Positions 49,791-59,102 of a stretch of DNA of 64,000 bases are shown one piece after another. The stretch is from NCBI GenBank assembly GCA_963698715.1, contig CAVORW010000004.1, positions 219,527 to 283,526 on the forward strand. The letters run 5' to 3'. The translations under genes were made by a program, and so were the position numbers. The stretch's first letter is position 1. Every line of letters begins with the position of its first letter. The notes beneath the pieces were generated by a model. The model worked only from the letters and a program-made list of their open reading frames with translations, was not told the DNA's origin and did not search any database. Source of the stretch: an uncultured Chloroflexia bacterium (GTDB lineage: Bacteria; Chloroflexota; Anaerolineae; Anaerolineales; UBA4823).

Positions 49791-50915
49791 TCATTCCCCT
49801 TCGTGGTCTGGGGCCAGGCCAAGCTGGCGTGCCTGATCATATGAGATTGCGTTGGCATTGATGACGCCTTCGGCACGGTCATCTTCCACTAAAGACTCCC
49901 AGAATGCATCTACTTCTTCGGGCATGTAGCTATCCTGGCCTGCTTGGCTGAATATTTCATCCAGAACGGGTTCTTCTACTACTTCATCGTTAGAACCTTC
50001 TAGCCCTTCAGAGGTAGAACCTTGGTCAACTTCAGGGGTAAAGTCTTCAACCACTTGTGAGGCGGGTTCAGAACCATCTATTACGTCATGGCTTTCAGAG
50101 CCGGCCTGCAAGATTTCTAAAAGTCTGTGTACGCTCCGATCCACCATAACTAAGCGCTCACCCAGTGTCTTGGAGGTAAATCCAGCCGGGATGCTGATTA
50201 GTAATGATGCTGTTGGACCAACATGGGCCAGGATAAAATCTGTTTGCAGCCCACGGAATATCGAAAAACTCTCTGGAACCAGCATACCAAGATTGGTTGA
50301 AATTTCTGCACCAGCATGCGAAGCTGCCAACAATGCAGTGACGACTGGCTCACCATTCATGATATCTGAAATTTCACCGGCCTGAGCCACACTTCGCCCC
50401 CGTTCATCCAATATCAGCGCCGCATTGGCGCTTAAATTCTGGCGCAGATTAGCTAGCTCAGCTGCCAAACTGGGTGGTTCGTCCGGTATATTCCGGTTGC
50501 TATTTTCATGATCTTTCTGCAACCCACCTTGTTGATCCGCCGCTGGGCGTTCAAGACAGCGTTTGACTGCATCCAAAAATTCGATCATTTCGACTGGTTT
50601 ATAGAAAAACGCAGCAACCCCAGCTGCCTCGATGCGTTGGCGGACACTTGGATCAGACAGGCCAGTGATCAAGATCAGATCCACATCCGGGTTGCTTTGT
50701 CTGGCGCGTTCTCTTAATTCCAGACCGGAAATGCCAGGCAGGCGAATATCGGTGATCAGCACATCTATTTGATGGTTTGAGAGCACCAAAAGCGCCTCTT
50801 CTCCAGAAGGCACATCAATGATTTGCAAATCCAATCCAATAGTTTCCAATCCAGCGCGCAATACACGCCGGATGTCTCTCTGATCGTCAACAACCAGAAC
50901 ACTATATTTTGCCAT
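49791..50915 (-). CDS. Response regulator with Roadblock/MglB-like middle domain and acidic tail
   Basis: VVDD, LITDIRLP, LITG, YKP receiver motifs; AALILDERGRSVAQAG. Confidence 0.75.
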   Translation of the reverse strand: MAKYSVLVVDDQRDIRRVLRAGLETIGLDLQIIDVPSGEEALLVLSNHQIDVLITDIRLPGISGLELRERARQSNPDVDLILITGLSDPSVRQRIEAAGVAAFFYKPVEMIEFLDAVKRCLERPAADQQGGLQKDHENSNRNIPDEPPSLAAELANLRQNLSANAALILDERGRSVAQAGEISDIMNGEPVVTALLAASHAGAEISTNLGMLVPESFSIFRGLQTDFILAHVGPTASLLISIPAGFTSKTLGERLVMVDRSVHRLLEILQAGSESHDVIDGSEPASQVVEDFTPEVDQGSTSEGLEGSNDEVVEEPVLDEIFSQAGQDSYMPEEVDAFWESLVEDDRAEGVINANAISYDQARQLGLAPDHEGE

Positions 50916-50989
50916 GATACCTTCGTTCCATTGTATTTACTTTGACATGGACATTTATCAAGAGAGAAAAGCCCTTTCAAATGTTAAAT

Positions 50990-51210
50990 CGCCAGATCAA
51001 TCCGTCTCATTTATTCGCCAGCATGCCGTAAAATGCCTGGGACCATATCCTTTCAGCTGTGGATTAAAATTCTTACCGGCTTCCATCGCAATTGGGCAGC
51101 GCGGATGAAAGCGAAAGCCTTACGGCGGGTTGAGAGGGCTGGGAACATCTCCTGCTAATATTATACGCTCTCGTTTGATTGTTGGGTCTGGGATTGGAAA
51201 GAGACATCAT
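50990..51210 (-). pseudogene. Remnant of oligopeptide ABC ATPase C-terminus (boundaries approximate)
   Basis: [36 protein letters not shown]...RHFTACW with in-frame stop. Confidence 0.75.
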
Positions 51211-51329
51211 GGACTCACAATACCTGCGACACTTGCGTCCCAATTCTGAAGACCGGAATCAAACTGGGGGTTGGTTGTTGAAAGATCCTTGAGATTTTTT
51301 GGCCGGGTAGGCGGGCAATATCCGAATCG

Positions 51330-53318
51330 TTACGGTTCCGCCTGCAATGCGTGAGCCGGCAAACCAAAGAAACCGGCGCCGATGCCACCCAACACGTCCG
51401 TGTAGAGATATTCGATATTTCGATACGCGTCGTAAACGGGGGTGGTAAACAAATAAATGTACGGCAGATCCGTCGCCAGTATCTCTTGAATCTGGTACAT
51501 CTGCTGTTGGGCTTCTTCCAGGTCGGTTGCCGCATTGAAAAGACCACACAATTCATCCAGTTCCAGGTTGATATATTGATACGGATTACCAGTTACAAAA
51601 AGGTCACAAGCATGATCGGGAAATAAGGAACTAAAACCCCACCCCAAAATGAACATATCGTACTCGCCAGTTCCATAAATAATCGTGCGAATATTATTAA
51701 AATTCGTTAGCTCAGCGGTCACAGGAATCCCCAGTTGGCGCATCCATTGCTCAATAAACAAGGCAGCGGTCGCTCGTAAGGGATCATAACCTGGGTTGGG
51801 AGCCAATAAAGTAATCTCAGGGAACAGTTTTCCTTCCGGAGTCATCAACCCTTTACCAAGATCAACCGATCCACCTTGTTCTTGGTTCCAGGCAGGTTCA
51901 GTTTCCCAAGAGTAGCCAGAATCCTTCAACATAGACACAGCTTCTTCCATCCAACTCTTGGCGTCCATGCCATCACAAAACCTGGTGACATCCTCGTTAT
52001 ACCAGAAGCCATTACCTGGTGGGATGACGCTGTATACAGGGGCAGCCTTGCCTTGCAGCAACTGCTCTGTCAGAAATTGCAGGTCGATCATACAGGCAAT
52101 TGCCTGGTGCAGCACTGGATCTGCCAGGTGAGGGCGGTCGTGATTAAAGGCCAGATAGCGAAAACCATTCTGCTGGTTTTCAACGATTTGAATCGCCGGG
52201 CCCTCCTGCAGCTGGGACAGGAATCCGCTTGACAGTCCCAAGGGTGATAGGATGAAATCAACCTCATCATTGCGCAGTGCCAGGATCGCTGCATCCTGGT
52301 CGTAGAGGGAGTACAGGACGCTTTCGAAATTCGGACCAGCGGTAAACTCCAGAACTTTATCTCCGGTCGGCCTGCCAAAAGCCACGAATTCGTACTTCCC
52401 CTGGATCGACTCGCGATAAGCGCCATTGGCAAACTCTTCGACATGCTGGCCAGCAAAGTAGAATTCCGGATTGCGAACATTCTCTACGAAAGCACCGGCT
52501 TCCCGACGATTGAGCAGAAAAGGTCCAGCGGTAGGTTCTCCCGTATTATCCAGGCTGTGAAGCAGATCGACTGCTGCGGACTTCCCGGCGATATAATCTT
52601 CACTCTCAGAGTCCAGGGCCGAAATGCCATCCATAATCGCCAGAGCGTCCGCGATTTTTGGCTCCCAATACGCTTTGTTCACGATTTTCCCTTGCAATGC
52701 ACCGTATTGCCAGCGGGAGAGACCGGGTTTCTGTTTGAAATAGAACTTCACGGTCAGGGCATCCACAGCTTCAACGTGGTCCAGGAAATTCGGATCATAG
52801 GCGTTGTTCCAGTTCAAACCAAGTTGAAATGTCAGCGCAGTGCCGGCGGTGAAGGCCACGTCATCGGCTGTAATGAGTGTGCCATCACTCCAGGCTGGGC
52901 CATCTTTCATAGTCACGGTAGCTACCCATAGATCGCCTTCCTGGACAAGCTCAGTTGGAAAATCTGCAGCCAGTGAAGGTATAAAATCGAAGCGCTGATC
53001 GGACAGGGTGAACAGGGATGGCCAATAGCTGTCCTGAACGGCATAGTTCCAGTAGCTGGACTCCACAAAATCATAGAGCGCCCAAACATTTGTGGATGTA
53101 ACTTCAGCTAAGATAGCAAAACGTACACTATCTTTGATTGGCAACACTGGTTCAGGACTTGGGGGCGTCGTTGCGGTAGGGGCAATCAGGGTAGGTGTCG
53201 CTGCGTCAATCGTTGCGGTTGGCGGGGGAGGTGAAGGGGATTGACAGGCAGCCATGAGCGCGCCAATCATCAGAATTAGGCAGGAGGTTGAAAGTTTGTT
53301 ATTTAAGAGCATCAACAT
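51330..53318 (-). CDS. Peptide ABC substrate-binding lipoprotein (family 5)
   Basis: LMAAC lipobox, WSDGTLITADDVAFT, GPF, DLPYIYLF. Confidence 0.88.
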   Translation of the reverse strand: MLMLLNNKLSTSCLILMIGALMAACQSPSPPPPTATIDAATPTLIAPTATTPPSPEPVLPIKDSVRFAILAEVTSTNVWALYDFVESSYWNYAVQDSYWPSLFTLSDQRFDFIPSLAADFPTELVQEGDLWVATVTMKDGPAWSDGTLITADDVAFTAGTALTFQLGLNWNNAYDPNFLDHVEAVDALTVKFYFKQKPGLSRWQYGALQGKIVNKAYWEPKIADALAIMDGISALDSESEDYIAGKSAAVDLLHSLDNTGEPTAGPFLLNRREAGAFVENVRNPEFYFAGQHVEEFANGAYRESIQGKYEFVAFGRPTGDKVLEFTAGPNFESVLYSLYDQDAAILALRNDEVDFILSPLGLSSGFLSQLQEGPAIQIVENQQNGFRYLAFNHDRPHLADPVLHQAIACMIDLQFLTEQLLQGKAAPVYSVIPPGNGFWYNEDVTRFCDGMDAKSWMEEAVSMLKDSGYSWETEPAWNQEQGGSVDLGKGLMTPEGKLFPEITLLAPNPGYDPLRATAALFIEQWMRQLGIPVTAELTNFNNIRTIIYGTGEYDMFILGWGFSSLFPDHACDLFVTGNPYQYINLELDELCGLFNAATDLEEAQQQMYQIQEILATDLPYIYLFTTPVYDAYRNIEYLYTDVLGGIGAGFFGLPAHALQAEP

Positions 53319-53499
53319 TCCTTCAGTATATCATTCTGATTTGTGCTGTTTCTTAACAAAAACGATGACTGGTTTATAGCTCTGGGAGTCTTCCCTAAAA
53401 TTCTTGGGGACTTGAATCGATTGGATTAGATCGTCAAATTAAGATCATTCAGTTGTAATTCATTGTGTCAAATTGAGCGTTCATCCTCGCTGAGGGGTG

Positions 53500-54710
53500 T
53501 AGGGTGATCGCATTTCAAATCGAGAGCACCTTGAGCAAGTAATTTTCGTCCCAACCGGCTTGCAAGCGCTTGGCCTGAATGCCCACTTTGGCAGACTTTT
53601 CCTGTTTCAGCAGGTTGAGGGCCATATGCCGCAACACAGCGAAGTTTGCCGGACCATGATCTTTGCGGACACGGCTGATATCCTCACGAAAAGCCACATC
53701 CAGCACCCAATGCAAACGGTTCTCGATGCCCCAATGACTGCGTTTGGCTTTCAAAAAATCCTTGGCATTTAGCACCGCACTCGAAATGAAATAGCGGGTT
53801 TTGGTCTCGACCTTGTCACCAAACCTTCTTTCGGAACGGATCATTGCCAGAGTACTCAGGTTTTTCCAATTCTGCCGACCGCGCACATACGCCAGGTATT
53901 CTTCTTCCGAGATCGCCCAACATTCCCGGATCTCCATGCGCCCATGTGAGTTATCGACTTTGCGGGTATATGTGTATCCTGGGCTCTGGAAACCTTCTTG
54001 TTGATCCAGGCTGAATAGTCTTTCCAGATCTTCATACAGATGGAGCTGGTTCTCTTTCACGGCCAACAAGTAATCACCACCTTGAGCAACGATCTTTTCG
54101 GCGATCTCGATCTGGGTCCCAATGGCATCAATTGTCACCAGACAACCGGAGATATCGAGCACTTCCAATAATCTGGGAATCGCAGTGATCTCATTCGACT
54201 TCTCGTCCACCTTGACTTGCCCTAACACCAGCTCATTGGCAGTTGCCCAAGCGCTCACCACATTGATCGCACTTTGACCTTCAAAACGGTCCACTGAGCC
54301 TCGTAATTGCTTGCCGTCGATGGCGATCACTTCCCCTTGCGTTAGCCTTTGGATTTCTGCTACCCAGCTCAAAAAGGTCAGTTCAAATTCTTCCGGATTG
54401 ATCAGCCCAAATACTCGCCCAAAGGTGTCGTGCGAAGGTATGCCATGCGGCAGTTCTAAAAACGTCTTCAACCACTTTGCCTTGCTCCTGCCAAATAGGG
54501 CTACATCACTCCATCCATCTGCTCCACAGACCACCGCACAGATCGCAATCACCAAGATATCGATGAATTTGTGCCGGGTCGCATTCCCTATCCGTGGATC
54601 TGTGACTTTCCCAAGATGCTCCCTTATCCTTCCGATCGGTTTGTCTGCCATTGCTGTACTCGCCTCCGTACAGCAATTGTCTCATATCTAGTTCAAATGC
54701 GATCACCCTA
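53500..54710 (-). mobile_element. ISAs1-family insertion sequence
   Basis: 16-bp IRs TAGGGTGATCGCATTT; 10-bp direct repeat CTGAGGGGTG at 53490-99 and 54711-20. Confidence 0.95.
53515..54651 (-). CDS. ISAs1 transposase
   Basis: [54 protein letters not shown]. Confidence 0.95.
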   Translation of the reverse strand: MADKPIGRIREHLGKVTDPRIGNATRHKFIDILVIAICAVVCGADGWSDVALFGRSKAKWLKTFLELPHGIPSHDTFGRVFGLINPEEFELTFLSWVAEIQRLTQGEVIAIDGKQLRGSVDRFEGQSAINVVSAWATANELVLGQVKVDEKSNEITAIPRLLEVLDISGCLVTIDAIGTQIEIAEKIVAQGGDYLLAVKENQLHLYEDLERLFSLDQQEGFQSPGYTYTRKVDNSHGRMEIRECWAISEEEYLAYVRGRQNWKNLSTLAMIRSERRFGDKVETKTRYFISSAVLNAKDFLKAKRSHWGIENRLHWVLDVAFREDISRVRKDHGPANFAVLRHMALNLLKQEKSAKVGIQAKRLQAGWDENYLLKVLSI

Positions 54711-54747
54711 CTGAGGGGTGTACTCAATTGTTGTAGAAAAATAATTT

Positions 54748-54793
54748 TGGTGTTCGGTTTGTGCGGCTGGAGCCGCACAAACCGAACACCACA
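54748..54793. repeat. REP-like palindrome
   Basis: TGGTGTTCGGTTTGTGCGGCT-GG-AGCCGCACAAACCGAACACCA. Confidence 0.7.
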
Positions 54794-54848
54794 TCTACAC
54801 CCTTACCCCAGAGAGCCCTGGCTGAAGGGCTCGCCTTAAACCAGAATG

Positions 54849-54896
54849 GAAGCTGGGTGAGTGGGCAGGCCGCGCCCGCCCACTCACCCAGCTTCC
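54849..54896. repeat. Long GC-rich palindrome
   Basis: GAAGCTGGGTGAGTGGGC...GCCCACTCACCCAGCTTC. Confidence 0.6.
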
Positions 54897-55013
54897 CCTG
54901 AGCTGCGCAATTTCCACCTTTTTTAATCCAAAACCGTTTTTCAGAAGTATTATAGTTAAGAGAAGATGGGTTTTTTTAATAGAAACGAACTGTGATTTAA
55001 TGAACTATGTTCA

Positions 55014-55042
55014 TTGACGTTTGTTAATACATATGCTATATT
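55014..55042 (+). promoter_or_regulatory. Sigma70 promoter of peptide ABC operon
   Basis: TTGACG-17-TATATT with extended TG; implies ~165-nt leader. Confidence 0.65.
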
Positions 55043-55214
55043 GCAGATGTAACCCCGCATGGGGAAGTTTTGGTATTGGATGGCTTGCAATCAACAGTTT
55101 GCATCGGGAACGGGTAGATCCCGGATAAGACGGCTATATATAACGTCAGTGGCCGCCTAACAAAGCCTGACCACTACCAAAACCAATTCAAACCAACATA
55201 AAGAGGAGAAGGAA

Positions 55215-57869
55215 ATGAAGAGATTTACGTTCTTGGTTCTAAGTCTATTGATCGTAGCGAGTATGGTGCTGGCATCCTGCGCCCCAACCACTCCTGCGCC
55301 AACAGAGGAAGCACCCGTCCAACAGGTGGAGACCGAAGCCCCACCTGCAGAGGAAACTGAAGCTCCAGAAATGCCCGCGGCAACCGAGGAACCGACCGCG
55401 GAGCCAACTATGGAGCCAACTGAAGAGCCTGCCCCCCCGACTACCCGCACGGGCGGCTGGCTGGATGAGATCGTCGTTTCAGTCGTTGATGCAGCCTCAG
55501 CAGTGACGCAAATCGAGGCAGGCGCAATTGACATCTACGCCGCTGGCCTGTCGTCAGATTCGCTGCCTGAGATTGAAGCTGCTGGACTGGATTACGCTCA
55601 AAGCAACGGTCTGTACTATGAGCTGACCTTCAACGCTTATGGGCCGGTCTTCGATCAGTCCACCGGGGCAGTCAACCCCTTCTACTTCGCCAAGGCCCGG
55701 GAAGCCCTGAACTGGCTGGTCGATCGCGATTACATCAATCGTGAGGTCTACAATGGCGGCGCTCTGGCCAAGTTCTGGTCCATCATCACTAACATGCCCG
55801 ATTACACCAAGATGGCCGAAACCGTCCGCCGGTTGGAAGCCAAATACGCTTACAACCCCGAGCTGGCAGAAGCCCAGATGGACGAGGTCATGCTGGGGAT
55901 TGACGGCGTGACTAAAGAAAGCGGCATGTATATGTACAATGGCGAGCAGGTGACCCTGATCTTCCTCATCCGGACCGACTCGGACGGCACCCGCGTGCCG
56001 ATCGGCGACTACGTTGCTAACCAGCTCGAGAGCATCGGGTTCGCAGTCGACCGCCAGTATAAGACCTCGTCCGAAGCCTCCCCGATCTGGGTGGGCGGCG
56101 AAGTTGCGGATGGCCTGTGGAACCTCTACACCGGCGCCTGGTCGGCGACGATTATCGACCGCGATGAGGGCGATAACTTCGAATTCTTCGATACCCCGCA
56201 GTCCGCGTATGGTTTCTCGTCCACCTGGCAGGCCTTTACCTCCACGGCCACCGGTACACCCTACGGTGACCTGGCCGACAGGCTAGCTTACAACAAGTTT
56301 GAAACCCTCGAAGAACGCGATGCAGCCCTGGCCGAGATGCTTGAACTGGCCCTGACTGAATCCATCCATGTCTGGCTGATCGACGGCAAAAACTTTACGC
56401 CCTATCGCGATGGCGTAGAGGTGACCTACGACCTGGCCGCTGGTGTAGATGGCTCGATGATCTGGCCTTACACCATTCGGTTTACCGATGAAGAGGGCGG
56501 TACGCTGAAGTGGGGCGCGCCCGACCTGTTCGTCGATCCCTGGAACCCGATTGCGGGCTCCAACTGGGCGTTTGACCAGGCTATTGGCCGCGGCAGCTGG
56601 GCTGATGCTTATATGATTGATCCCCACACTGGCCTGTACTGGCCGCAGCGCTTAGAACGTGCGGAAATCACCGTCCGAGAAGGCTTACCAGTTGGCAAGA
56701 CTCTGGACTGGGTGAGCCTTGATTTCGCCCCTGAGATCGCAGTCCCTGAAGACGCGATTGTAGACTGGGATGCCGCTAACCAGGCCTTCATCACCGCCGC
56801 TGAGAAATTCCCAGAAGGCACAACCGCCAATGTTAAGGCCGTAGTTTACTTCCCGGCAGAACTATGGGATACGGTCAGCTTCCACGATGGCTCTCCCATC
56901 GACCTGGGTGATTTTATCTATGCCTTCATCCTGAAGCTGGATATGGGCAAAGCGGATTCCCCGATCTACGATGAGGCCTATGCTGCCAATGCTGAAGCCC
57001 TCCTGGCGAACTTCAAAGGCTTCAAGGTCCTCTCCGAAACCCCTCTGACGATCGAATTCTATAGCGATGCCTATCAAACCGATGCAGAGCTGAATGCCAT
57101 CGATAGCCTGATGCAAATGTGGCCGTCCTACTCCTATGGTGAAGCTCCCTGGCACACCATGGCGATCGCCGCTCTGGCAGATGCCGCTGGTGAAGTTGCC
57201 TTCTCAGCCGACAAAGCCGAAGCCGCCTCCACCGACACCAAGACCGTCGAGTGGCTCAGCTTCATCGGTGGACCCAGCCTTGAGGTTCTGGGGCGCTACT
57301 TCGATCAGGGAATCGCCGACCAATATATCCCCTATGCCCCGGTCCTGGGCGAGTACATCACAGCTGAAGAGGCTGTTGCCCGCTACGAGAATGCCAAAGC
57401 CTTCTTTGAGAAGTACGGTCACTACTCGATCGGGTCTGGCCCTTACATCTTAAGTGAAGTCTTCCTGACCGAAAAGGTTGCCACTCTGATTAACAACCCC
57501 GATTTCCCCGACCTGGCGGATAAATGGAACCAGTTTGGGGCTCCAAAGGTCGCCGAAGTTGAAGTCGATGGCGATGCCAGCGTGCTTCTGTCTGGCGAAT
57601 TCTCCTTTGACGTGTTCGTAACCTTCGAGGGCGATCCTTACCCCGCTGATGAGATCAAGGAAGTTAAGGGTCTGCTCTATGACGCCACCAACCAGATCGT
57701 CCAGGTGCTTGACGGCGAACTGGTGGAAGAGGGCCACTATACCATCACCGTACCTGCGGATGTGGCTGCGTCCATGGAAGCTGGCGCCAGCAAGCTCGAA
57801 GCCGTAGTGGTACCGTACACCGTTGCCATCCCGTCCTTCACCGCCCTGGAATTTGTGACCATCAAGTAA
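55215..57869 (+). CDS. Large peptide ABC substrate-binding lipoprotein
   Basis: AGGAG RBS, VLASC lipobox, E/P/T linker, REALNWLVDR, FHDG, GSGPY. Confidence 0.88.
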   Translation: MKRFTFLVLSLLIVASMVLASCAPTTPAPTEEAPVQQVETEAPPAEETEAPEMPAATEEPTAEPTMEPTEEPAPPTTRTGGWLDEIVVSVVDAASAVTQIEAGAIDIYAAGLSSDSLPEIEAAGLDYAQSNGLYYELTFNAYGPVFDQSTGAVNPFYFAKAREALNWLVDRDYINREVYNGGALAKFWSIITNMPDYTKMAETVRRLEAKYAYNPELAEAQMDEVMLGIDGVTKESGMYMYNGEQVTLIFLIRTDSDGTRVPIGDYVANQLESIGFAVDRQYKTSSEASPIWVGGEVADGLWNLYTGAWSATIIDRDEGDNFEFFDTPQSAYGFSSTWQAFTSTATGTPYGDLADRLAYNKFETLEERDAALAEMLELALTESIHVWLIDGKNFTPYRDGVEVTYDLAAGVDGSMIWPYTIRFTDEEGGTLKWGAPDLFVDPWNPIAGSNWAFDQAIGRGSWADAYMIDPHTGLYWPQRLERAEITVREGLPVGKTLDWVSLDFAPEIAVPEDAIVDWDAANQAFITAAEKFPEGTTANVKAVVYFPAELWDTVSFHDGSPIDLGDFIYAFILKLDMGKADSPIYDEAYAANAEALLANFKGFKVLSETPLTIEFYSDAYQTDAELNAIDSLMQMWPSYSYGEAPWHTMAIAALADAAGEVAFSADKAEAASTDTKTVEWLSFIGGPSLEVLGRYFDQGIADQYIPYAPVLGEYITAEEAVARYENAKAFFEKYGHYSIGSGPYILSEVFLTEKVATLINNPDFPDLADKWNQFGAPKVAEVEVDGDASVLLSGEFSFDVFVTFEGDPYPADEIKEVKGLLYDATNQIVQVLDGELVEEGHYTITVPADVAASMEAGASKLEAVVVPYTVAIPSFTALEFVTIK

Positions 57870-57900
57870 GTAGTGGTCATAAGTTAGGCGTACAACTCCA

Positions 57901-57943
57901 ACAAGGCAGGGGCAAGGAGAGCAATCACCTTGCCCCTGCTTGT
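57901..57943 (+). terminator. Intercistronic stem-loop after SBP gene
   Basis: GCAGGGGCAAGG...CCTTGCCCCTGC, no long U tract. Confidence 0.65.
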
Positions 57944-57965
57944 AAATAAGCGGAGGTAAAGCCAC

Positions 57966-59102
57966 ATGGAATCAGCTGTCGAGCCTATTTCTACCAAGGT
58001 CGAAAAACCAAGATCTCCGATGATGACCACATTGTCCCGGGTTTTTAAGTATTCCGGTGTCAGGCTACTTTCGCTCTTTGTCACAGTGGTCATTGGCATT
58101 TACCTGACCATCATGATCGCCAATATGGGCGGTTTCGTGGACACGATGATGAAGGCAGAGATCCAGGAACGCATTACCATGCAGATTGGCATGAATCCCT
58201 CCTTTAAGTCCATGGATCCGGCGACAAAGGCAGCCCTAACGGAGGAGAGAATACAGAGCGAGATCGAACGCCTGAACCTGGACCAACCGCTGGTCCTGCG
58301 CAGTATTCGCTATTTAAGAAACGCCTTAACCCTGAACCTGGGCCGGGCCCAGTTAATGTCAAGCGATAGCGGCTCCCGTAACGTCCGAGCCATCATTTTA
58401 GAGCGCATACCTTATACCCTGCTTTTGATGGGCACCGCCAACTTGATTTTGTTCTTCAGCACCATCTTCATCGCGCTGGCGCTTTCCCGCCAGTATGGCA
58501 GCTTGATTGATAAGCTTGTGATCACGCTTTCGCCAACCTCATCGGTGCCGCCCTGGTTTTATGGCATATTTCTGATCCTAATTTTTGCGGCGGTGCTTAA
58601 AATCCTGCCCTTTGGCGGTGTAATCGATGCGCCTGTACCAAAAGATTTCGTCCACCGCAGCCTGAGTGTCTTAAGGCATTTAATCCTGCCCGCCAGCTCA
58701 CTGATCCTCGCTTCCTTCTTTTTGAGCATCTATAACTGGCGCACCTTTTTCCTCATCTATTCCAGTGAAGATTACGTGGAAATGGCCAAAGCCAAGGGCT
58801 TGCCTGCCCGCGATATTGAACGCCAGTATATCCTGCGCCCTACCTTGCCAACCATCATCACTTCATTTGCATTGCTGCTGATTGGTTTGTGGACGGGCGC
58901 TATTATTACTGAAACAGTTTTCCAATGGCCAGGGTTAGGCCGGATTACCTTCAAAGCGATCGGGTTATACGATGTGCCGGTGATTGTTGGCACCACGATC
59001 CTTTATGCATATTTGCTGGCAATTACCGTGTTCCTGCTTGATTTTGCCTATGCACTCGTTGATCCAAGGGTGAAAATCGGCGGGGGAGGCAGTCCCAAAT
59101 GA
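57966..59102 (+). CDS. Peptide ABC permease (OppB/DppB-like)
   Basis: ERIPYTL, DYVEMAKAKGL, ETVFQWPGLG, VDPRV. Confidence 0.9.
   Translation: MESAVEPISTKVEKPRSPMMTTLSRVFKYSGVRLLSLFVTVVIGIYLTIMIANMGGFVDTMMKAEIQERITMQIGMNPSFKSMDPATKAALTEERIQSEIERLNLDQPLVLRSIRYLRNALTLNLGRAQLMSSDSGSRNVRAIILERIPYTLLLMGTANLILFFSTIFIALALSRQYGSLIDKLVITLSPTSSVPPWFYGIFLILIFAAVLKILPFGGVIDAPVPKDFVHRSLSVLRHLILPASSLILASFFLSIYNWRTFFLIYSSEDYVEMAKAKGLPARDIERQYILRPTLPTIITSFALLLIGLWTGAIITETVFQWPGLGRITFKAIGLYDVPVIVGTTILYAYLLAITVFLLDFAYALVDPRVKIGGGGSPK

Noticed and set aside
55100-55155. Cobalamin riboswitch (GGGAA, GCCACTG-like words)
   Set aside because: GCCACTG is on the opposite strand and the element order does not fit
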